From Octopus vulgaris (lineage: Eukaryota), in assembly GCA_951406725.2 (NCBI GenBank), contig OX597815.1, forward strand, positions 1 to 64,000: a stretch of DNA of 64,000 bases, in the 5' to 3' direction. The notes under the pieces were generated by a model. The model was not told the DNA's origin, did no database searches, and saw nothing but the letters and a program-made list of their open reading frames with translations. Positions 41,332 through 53,352 of the stretch are shown here, piece by piece. Positions within the stretch are counted from its first letter, which is position 1; the number at the start of each line of letters is the position of its first letter. The translations under genes were made by a program, and so were the position numbers.

Positions 41332-42390
41332 ATCATCATCATTTAACATCCTCCTTCCATGTTGGCAAGGATTGGATGGTTTGACAGGAGCTGGCTAGCC
41401 AGGAACCTGCACCATGCTTCTAAGTGTTTTAGCAATGCTTTTACAGCTGGATGCCCTTCCTAGCACCAACCACTCTGTAGAGTGAGCTGAGTGCTTTTTA
41501 CATGGCACTTGCACAGGCAAGGTCAGCTTTGGCGTGGTTTTTACAGCTGGACGCCCTTCCAAATATCAACCACTTTACAGTGTGGACTGGGTGCTTTTTA
41601 AGTGACACCCTCACTGACAATGTCACCAAGTGACTTTGCAAAATAAAGTCTTTGAGAAGAGAGGGCACGTTGGAAGAGGTGATCTTGTGTCAGATGATGC
41701 AAGATTAGAGTGTGACAGAGAAGCAGAAATAGATATCTTGCTATAGAGGAGGTTCATAGTTACCCAGCCAGAGAGAAGGAGAGAGAGATAGAGCAAGAGA
41801 AAGAGAGCGAGAGTTAACAAGAATGAGGGCAGAAACAACTAACTAGAGAGGGAGTGGGAATTAAGAAGAGGTGTGTTGCTGTAAAGGAGATATATATGAT
41901 TACCTAGTCAGAGGTAAGGGCAAGAGAAGGAAAGGGAGAGAGTGATCAAGAATGAGGGCAGAAATAGGTTTGTTGCTGTAGAGGAGATACATGATTACTT
42001 AGCCAGAGGGGAGAGCAAGGAAGAGAGAGAGAGAGTAGGAGAGGGACAGTGGCAAGTGCCAGGGTATACTTGCAAGGAACAGGGATCAGGGCATAGATGG
42101 GATGGTAGAGTAAGAAAGAGAGAGATGAATGGTGGTAGGTGTTGACAGGGTATCGCCAAGGAGTTGGGAGTCGAGGAATGCAATGACTGGAGAGAATCAG
42201 AGTAGAGGATGAGGGGACAGGAAGGCGCAGTGATGCAGTGAGGACTGGGTTGGGAAGTGGGGGCTTGGAATGCTGTGACTGGTGAGAATCTGGGTATGTA
42301 AAGGGGAAACAATGATACAGCAAGCAGGGTAGCAAGAACTGGATTGGGGAGTGTGAGATAATCATAGTGTATGAAGAGGAAATGTAGAAG
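41332..42390 (-). mobile_element. Long pyrimidine-rich RTE-type 3'UTR with a duplicated tail motif
   Basis: The reverse complement is homologous to 56330-57200; two GGAAGGGC(A/G)TCCAGCTGTAAAA motifs; (GAT)n end. Confidence 0.7.
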
Positions 42391-42414
42391 CTCTCAGAAG
42401 CTCCCCAAATGTAA

Positions 42415-44690
42415 AAGTTCTCCCTCAGAGTGAAATGTAGATTGTATGATGCCTGTGTATAAACAGCTATGTTGCATAGCAGTGAAAAATGGCTTGTGAC
42501 TGCAGAGAACATGTGAATACTTGAAAGAAATGAAGCTAGTATACTCCGCTGTTTGTGCAATGTCAGTGTGCACATATGACAGTGTATGTGTCTGAAGATA
42601 AAACATTGGGTATAAGTGGCATCAAATGTAGTGTGCAAGAGAGAAGACTGTGTTGGTATGGTCATGTGATGCACATGGACGAGGACAGTTGTGTAAAGAA
42701 GTGCCAATCTCTAATTGTAGAAGGAATCTATGGAAGAAATAGACCCAAGAAGACGTGGGACAAAGTGGTGAAATGTGATCTTCAGATGTTGAGTCCCATG
42801 GAGGCAATGATAAGTCACCAGAACTTCTGGCAAATTGCTGTGCTTGAGAGGATACATCAAGCTAAGTGAAATCATAGTTACTGCCAGTGCCAGTGACACA
42901 TAAAAGGTACCCATAACAGGGAAACATAGAAGACACCCTCTACACCCATTAAGAAGGGCAACCAGCCATAGAAATCAAGTCAAAATAGACTGCAGCCTGG
43001 TGCAGCTCTCCAGCATACCATCTCTAGTCAAACCTTCTAACCCATGCCAGCATGGAAAACAGACGTTAAATGATGATGATGATGATGATGACAATGCTGA
43101 TGTTACAAAGGTTAAGGATTTACTTCAGAGAGAAGTAATTAGAGAATAGATCATGAAAGTTACAGAAAGAATTATTGTCTAATTAATCAGGAAGAGAATT
43201 GGATTCCACGAGATGCAATTTGGTTTTATGCCAGGGAGAAATGCTGCTGATGGCCTCTCTTGAAAATGACAACTGTAGAAGAAATATTTAACTAAAAATA
43301 AGCCATTGCACTTAGTATTTGTCAGTTTGGAGAAAGCCTTTGAAAGTGTCATTACTTAGTGATATGGTGGTCCCTGGGGAAGCTGAGGGTAGACAAACAG
43401 CTTATGAGAGCCATATAGGCAATGTACAGGAATATTATCAGTAAGGTGAGAGTTGGCAATGAGTACAGCATTGGTGAATTTAGATAGAAATTAACAGAGT
43501 TTAACAGAGAAAGTAGTTTATGTGTGTGGCAGATGTACAAGAACAATAAACACTAAAAACGTACAGGAAGTAAATTTCCCCAAATACTAAGGGGGATCCT
43601 TAGAGGTAGTAGATCATTTCTGTTACTTAGGTAACCAAAATAGCAGTGGAGAGGGATACTCTGAAAGCATAGTAAGTAGAATAAGAAGAGGATGATAACA
43701 GTTCATGTTGGTAAGAAAGGGCCTTTCAGAGTGAAAGGCAGATTGTACAATGTTTGTGCATGAACTGCTTAGCTACATGGTAGTGAAACATGCTCCATGA
43801 ATGCGAAGAACATTTAGAGGTTACAAAGAAATGAAGCCAGCATGTTCCACTGGATGTGCAATGTTATTGTGCATGTGTACAACAATGTGTAAATGTGTTG
43901 AGAGAAAAATTGTACATAGGAGGCATCAGATGTTGTATGCAAGAGAGAAAACTGTGCTGGTTTGATCAGGTGATGTGTATGGATGAGGACAGCAGCATGA
44001 AAATGTGCTCATCTCTTAATGTGGATGGAACGTGTGGAAGAGGAAGACCAAAGAAGACTTGGGATGGTGTCACGTAAAAGCACTCGTGCAGTGCCACATA
44101 AAAGTGCCTGAGCAGTGCCATGTTAAAGCACTCAACACACTCTGTAAAATGGTTCGTGCTAGGAAGGGCATCCAGTCATAGAAACCATGCCAAATCAAAC
44201 TGGAGTCTGGTGCAGCTTCCCAGCTCAGATCAAAGCATCCAGCCTATGCCAGCGTGGACTACAACGGACACTAAATGATGATGATGATGACCTCTGGATG
44301 TTGAAACTTGAGGTAGAGATGATAAAAGATCAAGATAATTAACAATTTGCTGTGCTAGAGAAGACATGTCCATCTAAGCAAAGGACACTGTTCTCAGTAT
44401 CATTCTTTACCCCCTTATTTTCCATTGAATGCCACTTTTACCATACTCACTCACCCTGCCCAATCCTCTCAACCACTTTACCTTCCTGTAACATTACCTG
44501 GTGACCTCACTGGTACCACATAAAAGCCAACTAGTACACTCTGTAAAGTGGTTAGTGTTAGGAAGAGCATCTAGCCATAGAGATCATGCCAAAACAGACA
44601 GGATTTTGACGTAGTCCTTTGCTTCACCAACTCCTGCTGAACTGTCCTAACCATGCTAGCGTGGAAAACAGACATTAATGATGATCACAA
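42415..44690 (+). mobile_element. Cluster of decayed RTE ORF2 3' fragments and tails
   Basis: ERRLCWYGHVMHM and GRGRPKKTWD remnants; tails at ~43060-43090, ~44270-44290 and ~44680. Confidence 0.8.
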
Positions 44691-44721
44691 CATATTTGTA
44701 TTGATACACACATATATATAG

Positions 44722-44940
44722 TTAATCCAAACATGAAAACACCAAGAGAAAACACAACAACGCGAGGACGTGGAACAAATATAGTATTATTGGACACTCA
44801 GGAAGGATGGCAAGAAGGAGGGTTTTACGTTTCGAGCGGAGCTCTTCGTCAGAAACATATGAAAAGGAAAGATCCAGAGAAGGGAATACGAAGGAAAAAA
44901 AATCGCCAACAGTACACATGCGGTCATACATGTATACACA
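44722..44940 (-). mobile_element. Penelope-like pLTR fragment carrying a minimal hammerhead (44822-44856)
   Basis: Minus strand: GTTT-CTGACGA-A-GAGC-TCC-GCTC-GAAA-CG-TA-AAAC. Confidence 0.75.
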
Positions 44941-44987
44941 CCTGTATAGACATATCATCATCATCGTTTATATATATATATATATAT

Positions 44988-45321
44988 GCGCGTGGCTCAG
45001 TGGTTAGAGCGTCGAGCTTACGATCGTGAGGTTGTGAGCTCGAATCCCGGACCGGGCTGCGTGTTGTGTTCTTGAGCAAGACACTTTATTTCACGTTGCT
45101 CCAGTTCACTCAGCTGTAGAAATGAGTTGCGACGTCACAGGTGCCAAGCTGCATCGGTCCCTTTGCCTTTCCCTTGGACAACATCGGTGACGTGGAGAGG
45201 GGAGGCCGGTATGCATGGGCGACTGCTGGTCTTCCATGAAACAACCTTGCCCAGACTTGTGCCTCAGAGAGTAACTCTCTAGGTGCAAACCCATGGTCAC
45301 TGTCTGACCGAAGGGGGTCTC
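44988..45321 (+). mobile_element. Young tRNA-derived CORE-type SINE
   Basis: A box TGGCTCAGTGG, B-box-like GAGCTCGAATCC, CORE-like TTGAGCAAGACACTTTATTTCACGTTGCTCCAGTTCACTCAGCTGTAGAAATGAG; CpG-rich. Confidence 0.88.
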
Positions 45322-45329
45322 TATATATA

Positions 45330-46195
45330 AATTAAATTAGAGATAAAACCACTATTAGGCAAATCAAACAGTGAAAAACATAAACCAAAACATAGAAATA
45401 AAATTAATTAATATAATATACAAAATATATAAAATATAAAATTCAAAATTTTAATTATTTAAATTTAAAGTTAAAAATTTTAAATTATTAATTTATATTT
45501 ATAAATATATATATAGATTTTTATTTTCTATCTATTCTTACCTTAAAAATTAATATCTAACATTATAATCAATTGTATGACATAATCATAATCGTTAAAG
45601 TTTCTAGTTTGATAATAGAGTTTTTTATAAGAAAAATTATTATTTTATTTATTTATTAAAAAAATATTGTTTAAATATATTTGATTATTTATTTAACTAT
45701 TATCATTAATCTGAAGATTGACTATAACCATAATTCGAATTATTAATTGAATTTAAATTATTGTTATTCAAATTAGATTATGGGCATGAAACGATCGTAG
45801 TGGTTTTACTTTTTATCTTATATTAAACTTTTTAATACTTTTTGATAGTTATATATATTTTTAAAAATAAAAAAATAAATAAATAAATAAAAAATATAAA
45901 TATAAATAAAAATAAAAATATATATATATATATATAAAAATTTATAAATATAAATTAATTTAAAATTTTTAACTTTAAATTTAAATAATTTAAATTTTGA
46001 ATTTTATATTTTATATATTTTGTATGTTATATTAATTAATTTTATTTCTATGTTTTGGTTTATGTTTTTCACTGTTTGATTTGCCTAATAGTGGTTTTAT
46101 CTCTAATTTAATTTATATTTATACTGTAAAATTAGATTTAATCCTAAATCTAATTTTTCCCTGTAAGTTTGGATTTACTCCCTAATATTGTTATT
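45330..46195. repeat. Very AT-rich element with ~180-bp inverted arms (45330-45510 / 45940-46115) and a central hammerhead-like motif (45711-45799, +)
   Basis: AAATTAGAGATAAAACCACTATTAGGCAAATCAAACAGTG... and its complement; CTGAAGA...CCATAAT..ATTATGG-GCAT-GAAA-CGATCG-TA. Confidence 0.75.
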
Positions 46196-46284
46196 ATATA
46201 TACATATATATATATATATAAAACGACGATGATATATATATATATATATATAAATACATATTTATATAAACGCAAATACATATA

Positions 46285-47340
46285 TTAAGGATGTGAAGTC
46301 AGGGAAAGCTCCTCATCCATTGGGAATTACCTTTGAGATGCTTAAAATCTCTAGTGAAGTAGGATATAGCCTAGTTACCCATATAATTTATCAAGTTGTA
46401 CAGGGAGATCTGAAACCCAATGATTGGCATAGCAGCCTTACAGTCAACTGTTACAAGGGTAAAGGAGATACCCTAGATAGGATTACAGAGATATCAGATT
46501 GCTAGACCAGATCATGCAAGTTATGGAAAAAGTTATAGCCCAGTTAAGAAGAGAATTAGGTTAGATGAGATATAGTTTGGTTTGGGGCCAGGGAGAACTA
46601 CTACTGATGGTCTCTTTCTTGTAATAGAAATATTTAGCAAAAAGTAAGCCATTGTACTAAACCATCATCAATCTGGAGAAAGCCTTTGAAACGATCCCTT
46701 ACTCTGTGAAATGGTGGCAACAAGTTTATTTTTATATCAGTCATTGCTTACCAATTCTAATCTGTACTTTACTACGGCCACCAACCAGTCAGTAGCACCA
46801 GTCAAAGTATTTGGATTGGATTCTAAGAGAGACTTAGAGTCAGTTCAGAGTTGTCTCTCTTCTGAAGTATTTGATGCTGATGATAAGATGACTACATCAA
46901 AATGCATGCATCCATCAACCTGGATAGCAGGTACTTCAAACTGACTATGGTGTGTTTACACCTATTTGTCAACAGCAAAAATATTTCTCCATGACAAAAT
47001 GCTGTGAATGACCTTCTTACAGGATAAAATATGTCTCAAACATATCTGAATGGGTAACAAGTTTCTATTTGAATTAGATGCAGTGTGTAAGGGAGAAAGC
47101 TGCACTGGTATGGGTATACAATGTATATGGGTGAGAACAACTGTATAAAAAAGTGTGCTGATCACTTAAGATGAATGTGGCTTAAAGAAGAGGGAGATTT
47201 AAAAAGACAATGGATGGAGTAGTGATGGCTGACCTAGGGACTTTGAATCTCACAGAGGAAATGACAAAGGGCTGGGATTACTAACAATACGCAGTGCTTA
47301 AAAAGTCCCAATTCATTTTGGCTAAACTGAGGTTCTACAC
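46285..47340 (+). mobile_element. Decayed RTE ORF2 fragments
   Basis: KSGKAPHPLGITFEMLK, VNCYKGKGD, LEKAF. Confidence 0.75.
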
Positions 47341-47618
47341 AACTAGGCCGATTGTTCAATTTGCTATGAAACAGTTTCCACTAATCCCCCATCTCTCTTC
47401 ACTGATACCTACATCACTTGCCTAATGAAGTATTCTGCTGCAGTAATTAAATAAGAACAGAACTACATATTTCATCATTTTGTCCTGTGATTCCAGTTTC
47501 ATTTTAATGTTATCTATAGTTTTCGATAGAATTCGGAGCCAGCATTGTAAATTATGACATTTCATAAACAAATACTTCAAGAGAAAAAATATTATTGAAG
47601 AGAGAAAAATAGGTAATG

Positions 47619-47661
47619 GGTATACGCATATTTCAAAGATTATTGCCTTCTCATCAGCACC
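47619..47661 (-). ncRNA. Minimal type-I hammerhead ribozyme motif
   Basis: Minus strand: GGTG-CTGATGA-GAAGG-CAATAA-TCTTT-GAAA-TATGCG-TA-TACC. Confidence 0.7.
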
Positions 47662-48249
47662 TCATCCAACCTATCAAGTATTCACAAACACATGGTTTAA
47701 ATACCCACTAGGTTTAGTGGTGTAACATAATTGGATAGACCAATTTACATATTAAACACATTCCTGGCAACTGGTACATATATTTGCTGGTAAAGCAATT
47801 GTATATCATTTCGGAACTAGAATACACTACTAAGTATGTGATTCCAATTAGCTTTCTCACTACCCAGCACATGACCCATCTATGCTACCATATTATTTTT
47901 CCCAGTCCCTTGAACTATGTCCTGTTGACTTGCCCCTATTGTCATACATCCCTCATTCTCTTCACACACTTTTACAACTGACCTCTCATGCATCATTTCC
48001 CTTTCCGTCATCTTTCTCCTATCTACCGCATCATTATTACTATTCTGCTGCTCTTCACTTCTTTCAGTACTACTAGCCATCACCTTTTCTCCCTTCCAAT
48101 GCTTATATATCCTCAGTCACCCTTCTATCCTTGCTCACCATTCACTACATCCACCTACAACCCTAACTTATCTTTATGATCATCATCTGCTCTCTCTTTT
48201 CTTCCTGCCAACTCTCATCATTGACCACCCCTCTGCACTTGCTTATATA

Positions 48250-49895
48250 ATAATAATAATAATAATGAAATTATTGTATACAGTGCTCAGGTGCACCACA
48301 ACTTGTCAAAAAGTGCGTATAAAGTGTATGCAGTAATGTAAAAATGTCTGGGAAGTGAACAGTGTATGAGTTAGATACATGCTTGTGTGTGTATGGAGGG
48401 GAGAAAATCAGGTGTAGTGTTGGCGAATCTCAGAAAGCATGGAAGTTTTGAAGGATGCAGTGCTCCGACAACTAACAACTGATGCCGGCAGTTTGTTCCA
48501 TGCTTCAGCAACTCTCAGCGTGAAAAAATGTTTCCTAAAGTCATGGGAGCTGTACTGTTTTCTGACTTTGTAAATATGTCCACGGGTGTTAAACGGGTGG
48601 AGTTTGAAAAGGTGCTCAGAGTTATTGTTTGTAAGATGGTTGATAATTTTATGGGTGTCTGCCAAGTCAGCTGCCAGACGTCGGAGTTTCAATGTGTCCA
48701 TGCCCAGGGAAGTAAGGCGTTCAGAATATGGCAAATGCCTGATGGAGGGTATTCTTTTGGTTGTATGTCGCTGAACAGCTTCCAGACGATTAATATCCTG
48801 GGAAAGATAGGGGTTCCAGACCGGTGATGCAAATTCCAGGTGAGGTCTTACCATAGCTATATAAAGCCGCAGATAGATAGTCAGAGAGCGGCTCACAAAG
48901 GATTTGGTGAGTGATGCCAAGACGCCCTCAGCCTTCTTGACAATTTTAGCGATGTGTTTTGTCCAACGCTAATCGCTGTCGACAGTAACACCCAGGTTAT
49001 GTTCACACAAAGACTTTTTGAGATTAGTGTTGTGGAGGGAGTAGATAGACGCTGGGTTTTTTCTCTCAAAATGCATGGTGGTACATTTGTCCACAGCCAG
49101 CTTGAGTTGCCAGTCCATGATCCACTGCTGCATTGTGTCCAGGTCTGCTTGCAATAGAGATCTATCGTGTACAGGATCTGACCTCTTTATTTCGAGGTAC
49201 AGCTTGATGTCATCTGCATATTTCAGCACTGTGGCATTCTTTAAGTTGGCATCTATGTCATTAACATATGCAACAAATAAAAGGGGGCCAAGAACAGATC
49301 CCTGTGGTACACCAGATGTCATCTCATAGGATGAAGAGTGCTGTCCTAGAACTGTGACAACCTCTTTTCGGCCGAAAATAAAGGACTTCAACCAGTTATA
49401 GAGTTCGTCTCTTACGCCCAACGCAGAGAGCTTCACCATAAGTCTTTTGTGTGGCACAGAGTTAAAAGCTTTAGCAAAGTCCAGGTAAACAACATCCACC
49501 CAGGATCCACGATCAGTGATTTGGGTAACGTCCTCAAGAAACTCGATGAGATGATAACAGCAGCTGGAGTTAGGAATAAATCCAAATTGTGACGGCTGGA
49601 TGAGGCTGTGAGACTTCCAGAAGTTCCAGAGGGTTTCCCTGATACAGGATTCCATCATTTTGGCGATGCAGCTAGTAAGACTAACGGGGCAGTAGTTGAC
49701 AGGCGATGTGCGGTCACCTTTTTTGAACAGAGAGATAACACTGGCAGTTTTCCACTGCTCTGGAGTAACACCTTTGTCAAGACAGAATTGGAAGAATAGA
49801 GAAAGTTGGCTTAGAAGAAAGTACCCACCGCACTTGAGAAGTAAGTATGTAACACCATTGAGACCAGGAGAGGCATAGTTGCGTTTATTCTTAAG
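48250..49895 (-). mobile_element. 5'-truncated CR1 LINE (RT and C-terminus) with a (TTA)n tail
   Basis: FKKGDRTSPVNYCPVSLTS, VDVVYLDFAKAF, SGVPQGSVLGPLLF, YADD, VRPHLEFASPVWNP; stop at ~48969. Confidence 0.95.
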
Positions 49896-50930
49896 GTAGC
49901 TGCGTTTATTCTTATAATTCATTATATTTAACCTCAACCCTTCTCCATCTTTAACCATTCCTTATTCTCTCCTCCACAGCCGCCTCTACACATCCACTCT
50001 TCTTGTTCTTCTGTCCTCACTCCCACCTTTTCACCTTCTTGCATCTTGAAGGTTCTCCCTGATATCTCATTACCACCATCGTTATTTCACTTTACAGCTC
50101 CACCAACTCCTAAATAATACAAGTGTCTTTGCATCAATTCTACAGCAAGAAACTTCTGTTGAAACAATCTTACAACATTTCATTACTATGCATAAAGCTG
50201 CTACCCTTTCTAATGTAGTCCCACTCAGTTGAAGGAGGTCTTAATCTTGTGAGCCACATGATGACCTCATTAGTGCTGGTGCCATGAAAAATGCAACTAG
50301 TACGTTCTGTAAAATGGTTGGTGTTAGGAAAGACATCCAGCTATAGTAGAAGTAGACAGTGGAGTACAATACAGTCCTCCAACTCTTCGGATCCTCTTGA
50401 ACAGTTCGATTCATTCTAGCACGGAAAGCAGACGGTAGAAAATGATATTGAGGATATATAAATTTCAAAACAAAAATAATAAAACTAATACCTTAATCTT
50501 AGGTTTTAAGGCCCTTTCATGGTAGCATCTAAGTGTGCAATCAAGAAAAAAATTGTATCAGCTTTCCAGGTTTTTGCTGTATGGAATATGTATGTTCCCA
50601 ACATGAAGTCTTTTAGTGGGTACCTTGGATAGTATAAAAATAAGTATTTGCAGAAAAAAAATTGTTTAGGGACTAGTATTTATAATGGTATGCAACGGAC
50701 AGAAATTTAGAGATAGTAATTGAAGCATAAAATCAATTAATACGTTCTTCATAAAGCTAAACATAAGCGAAATAAATAATCAAAGAACTCCGAAATATAA
50801 GAATGAGCCGGCATTCGCAAATCCATTTAGATTATTTTGAATACAAAAAACATTAGTGTAGTTTATTTCAAAGTTTAAGTGCGTCGAACAATTTGTAAAG
50901 TGGAAATATTACTCAAGTAAAAGTTAAAAC

Positions 50931-51942
50931 GGCGATCTTTCGTTTGTAGTAGCACGTTTCTGTCGATGATTTCCGTAAAAAAACTTTTATTTTTTTACAT
51001 ATGGGCTTGCGGGAACATTTGAAGTAATGAGAGCGAAAGAGACTAAGAGGAAGCGATTTTATGACGAGGGAATTTCTTTTGAAGTAACCGAAGCATTGAT
51101 GTACATGTGTGTGTGTGTTTTATGGGGTGTGGGAGACAGACAGTATGTTGTGTAAGTGAAGTGCTTCTGTTAGTGTGTGTGAAGAGACAGAGAGAGTAAT
51201 GTGTGAAAGAGAGATAACTGAAATTTTTTACTCGGTGTATGTGTATATGTATGTATGCATGTATGTGTGTGTGTGTATGTATGTGTGTATGTATCTATGT
51301 ATGTATGTGTGTATGTATGTATGTATGGCCGATTCAGTGTAATTTTTTACTCGGTGTATGTGTATATGTATGTCTGCATGTATGTGTGTGTGAGTATGTA
51401 TCTATGTATGTGTGTGTGTGTGTAAGTATGTGTGTGTGTATGTATGTATGGCCGATTCAGTGTACACTGAATCGGCCATACATACATACATACATATACA
51501 CATACACCGAGTAAAAAATTACACTGAATCGGCCATACATACATACATACACACATACATACATAGATACATACACACATACATACACACACACACATAC
51601 ATGCATACATACATATACACATACACCGAGTAAAAATTTCAGTTATCTCTCTCTTTCACACATTACTCTCTCTGTCTCTTCACACACACTAACAGAAGCA
51701 CTTCACTTACACAACATACTGTCTGTCTCCCACACCCCATCAAACACACACACACACACGCGCGCACACACACACATGTACATCAATGCTTCGGTTACTT
51801 CAAAAGAAATTCCCTCGTCATAAAATCGCTTCCTCTTTCGCTCTCATTACTTCAAATGTTCCCGCAAGCTCATATGTAAAAAAATAAAAGTTTTTTACGG
51901 AAATCATCGACGGAAACGTGCTACTACAAACGAAAGATCGCC
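50931..51942. repeat. ~1-kb spacerless palindrome centred at 51463/51464
   Basis: GGCGATCTTTCGTTTGTAGTAGCACG... / ...CGTGCTACTACAAACGAAAGATCGCC; centre GGCCGATTCAGTGT|ACACTGAATCGGCC. Confidence 0.95.
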
Positions 51943-52577
51943 CTTAAAACATTAAAAAAAAAAAATTTTGTTTAAAAAAATCTGAACGTGTTTAATTATT
52001 AATTAGAAAGAGAATGACAGGTGAGTATTTTGAAAACGTAATTTCTTCGTCTTGGAAATATCACATATCAGCTTAATTGATTCTTTCTACAATAAATGAC
52101 TTTACAAATAATAATTTATAATTAAACATCTTGGTCTGAAAACAACTGAAATTTAAAGCATCATTCTAAGGGAAGCTTGTCGTTATTTTCATTGATACAG
52201 GAATTTCCGTTATTGAATAAAAAAGAATGTGGTTAAGAATAAAAAGGTGGTTAGGAATAAAAAGGTGGTTAGGAATTCAAAGGTGAAGTACAAATCGTTC
52301 GCTACAACAATTTCAGTAATTTTTAATTAAGTTCATATAATTATAATTTAGTTTGTACGTTAATTTCTAAAACATCACAGAAGTGTGTAAAAGTTGTCTG
52401 ATGAAGTCTAAGAATGTTTATTATCGATTAAATAATGAATAAACATTCTTTACATTCAAATAACAAACTATCAAAGAAGAAAGAGCTGTTTTGGTGATTA
52501 TTAAATCAAAAGTTTGATATTTACCCTCAATTAATACATTTTTTTAATTAATTAACGTCGCCATGTTTAACAGAATT

Positions 52578-52710
52578 TTATTGTACTCTTTTATTGATGA
52601 CGTATTACACATATTGTACTTGTTTATCGCTGACGTATTACTCATATTGTACTCTTTTATTGCTGACGTATTACACATATTGTACTCGTTTATTGCAGAT
52701 GGAATACACG
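52578..52710. repeat. ~33-bp minisatellite, ~4 copies
   Basis: Consensus TATTGTACTCTTTTATTGCTGACGTATTACACA. Confidence 0.85.
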
Positions 52711-53139
52711 TAATTATAATGTTGATTGCCACCACCAAATTTTGAAGGCAAAAAAAAAAAAGAGAGAAAGAAACGAAATATTGCAAAGTGTTTAGCTATT
52801 ATGTCTCTTTTCTGCAGTCATATCCCCAAACCCTAACAGATGGTATAAAATCCAGTGTGTGTGTGTTCAAAGAGTGGGGAAAATATGTGAAAGGCAGCAG
52901 GAGACGGGGAGAAATGTTGCTAAAGAAGAAGAGGAGACGAATAGAGAGAAAGGGAGGAGGAACAGATAGCGTTGCTGACACAGAAATGACGACTCAGTGA
53001 ACAGACGACACATTGAATAACAAGGATGAAGAAAAAAGGAAACTAAAGATTAGAGGGGAAAATAGCTGTTATTTTCTTTGTTACTTTATGCTTTCTACAG
53101 AATGTCAGTTCTAATTTCAATTTAATATGAGTTATAAAG

Positions 53140-53352
53140 AAGGTGGCAAGCTGGCAGAATCGTTAGCACACCAGGTGAAATGCTTAGCAGCATTTAGTCT
53201 GTCTTCACTTTCTGAGTTCAAATTCCACTGAGGTAAACTTTGCCTTTCATCCTTTCAAGGACGATAAAATAAGTACCAGTTGAGCATTGGGGTTGATGTA
53301 ATCGACTTACTTCTTCCTCCAAACTTCTGGCTTTGTGCAAAAACTTGAAACC
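53140..53352 (+). mobile_element. tRNA-derived SINE with a Meta-domain-like central motif
   Basis: GCTGGCAGAATCGTTAGC (A-box-like), GAGTTCAAATTCC (B box), TTGCCTTTCATCCTTTCAAGGACGATAAAATAAGTACCAG. Confidence 0.7.

Noticed and set aside
44988-45060. Possible tRNA gene
   Set aside because: The tRNA-like head runs directly into a CORE-like SINE body and lacks a proper acceptor stem and terminator.
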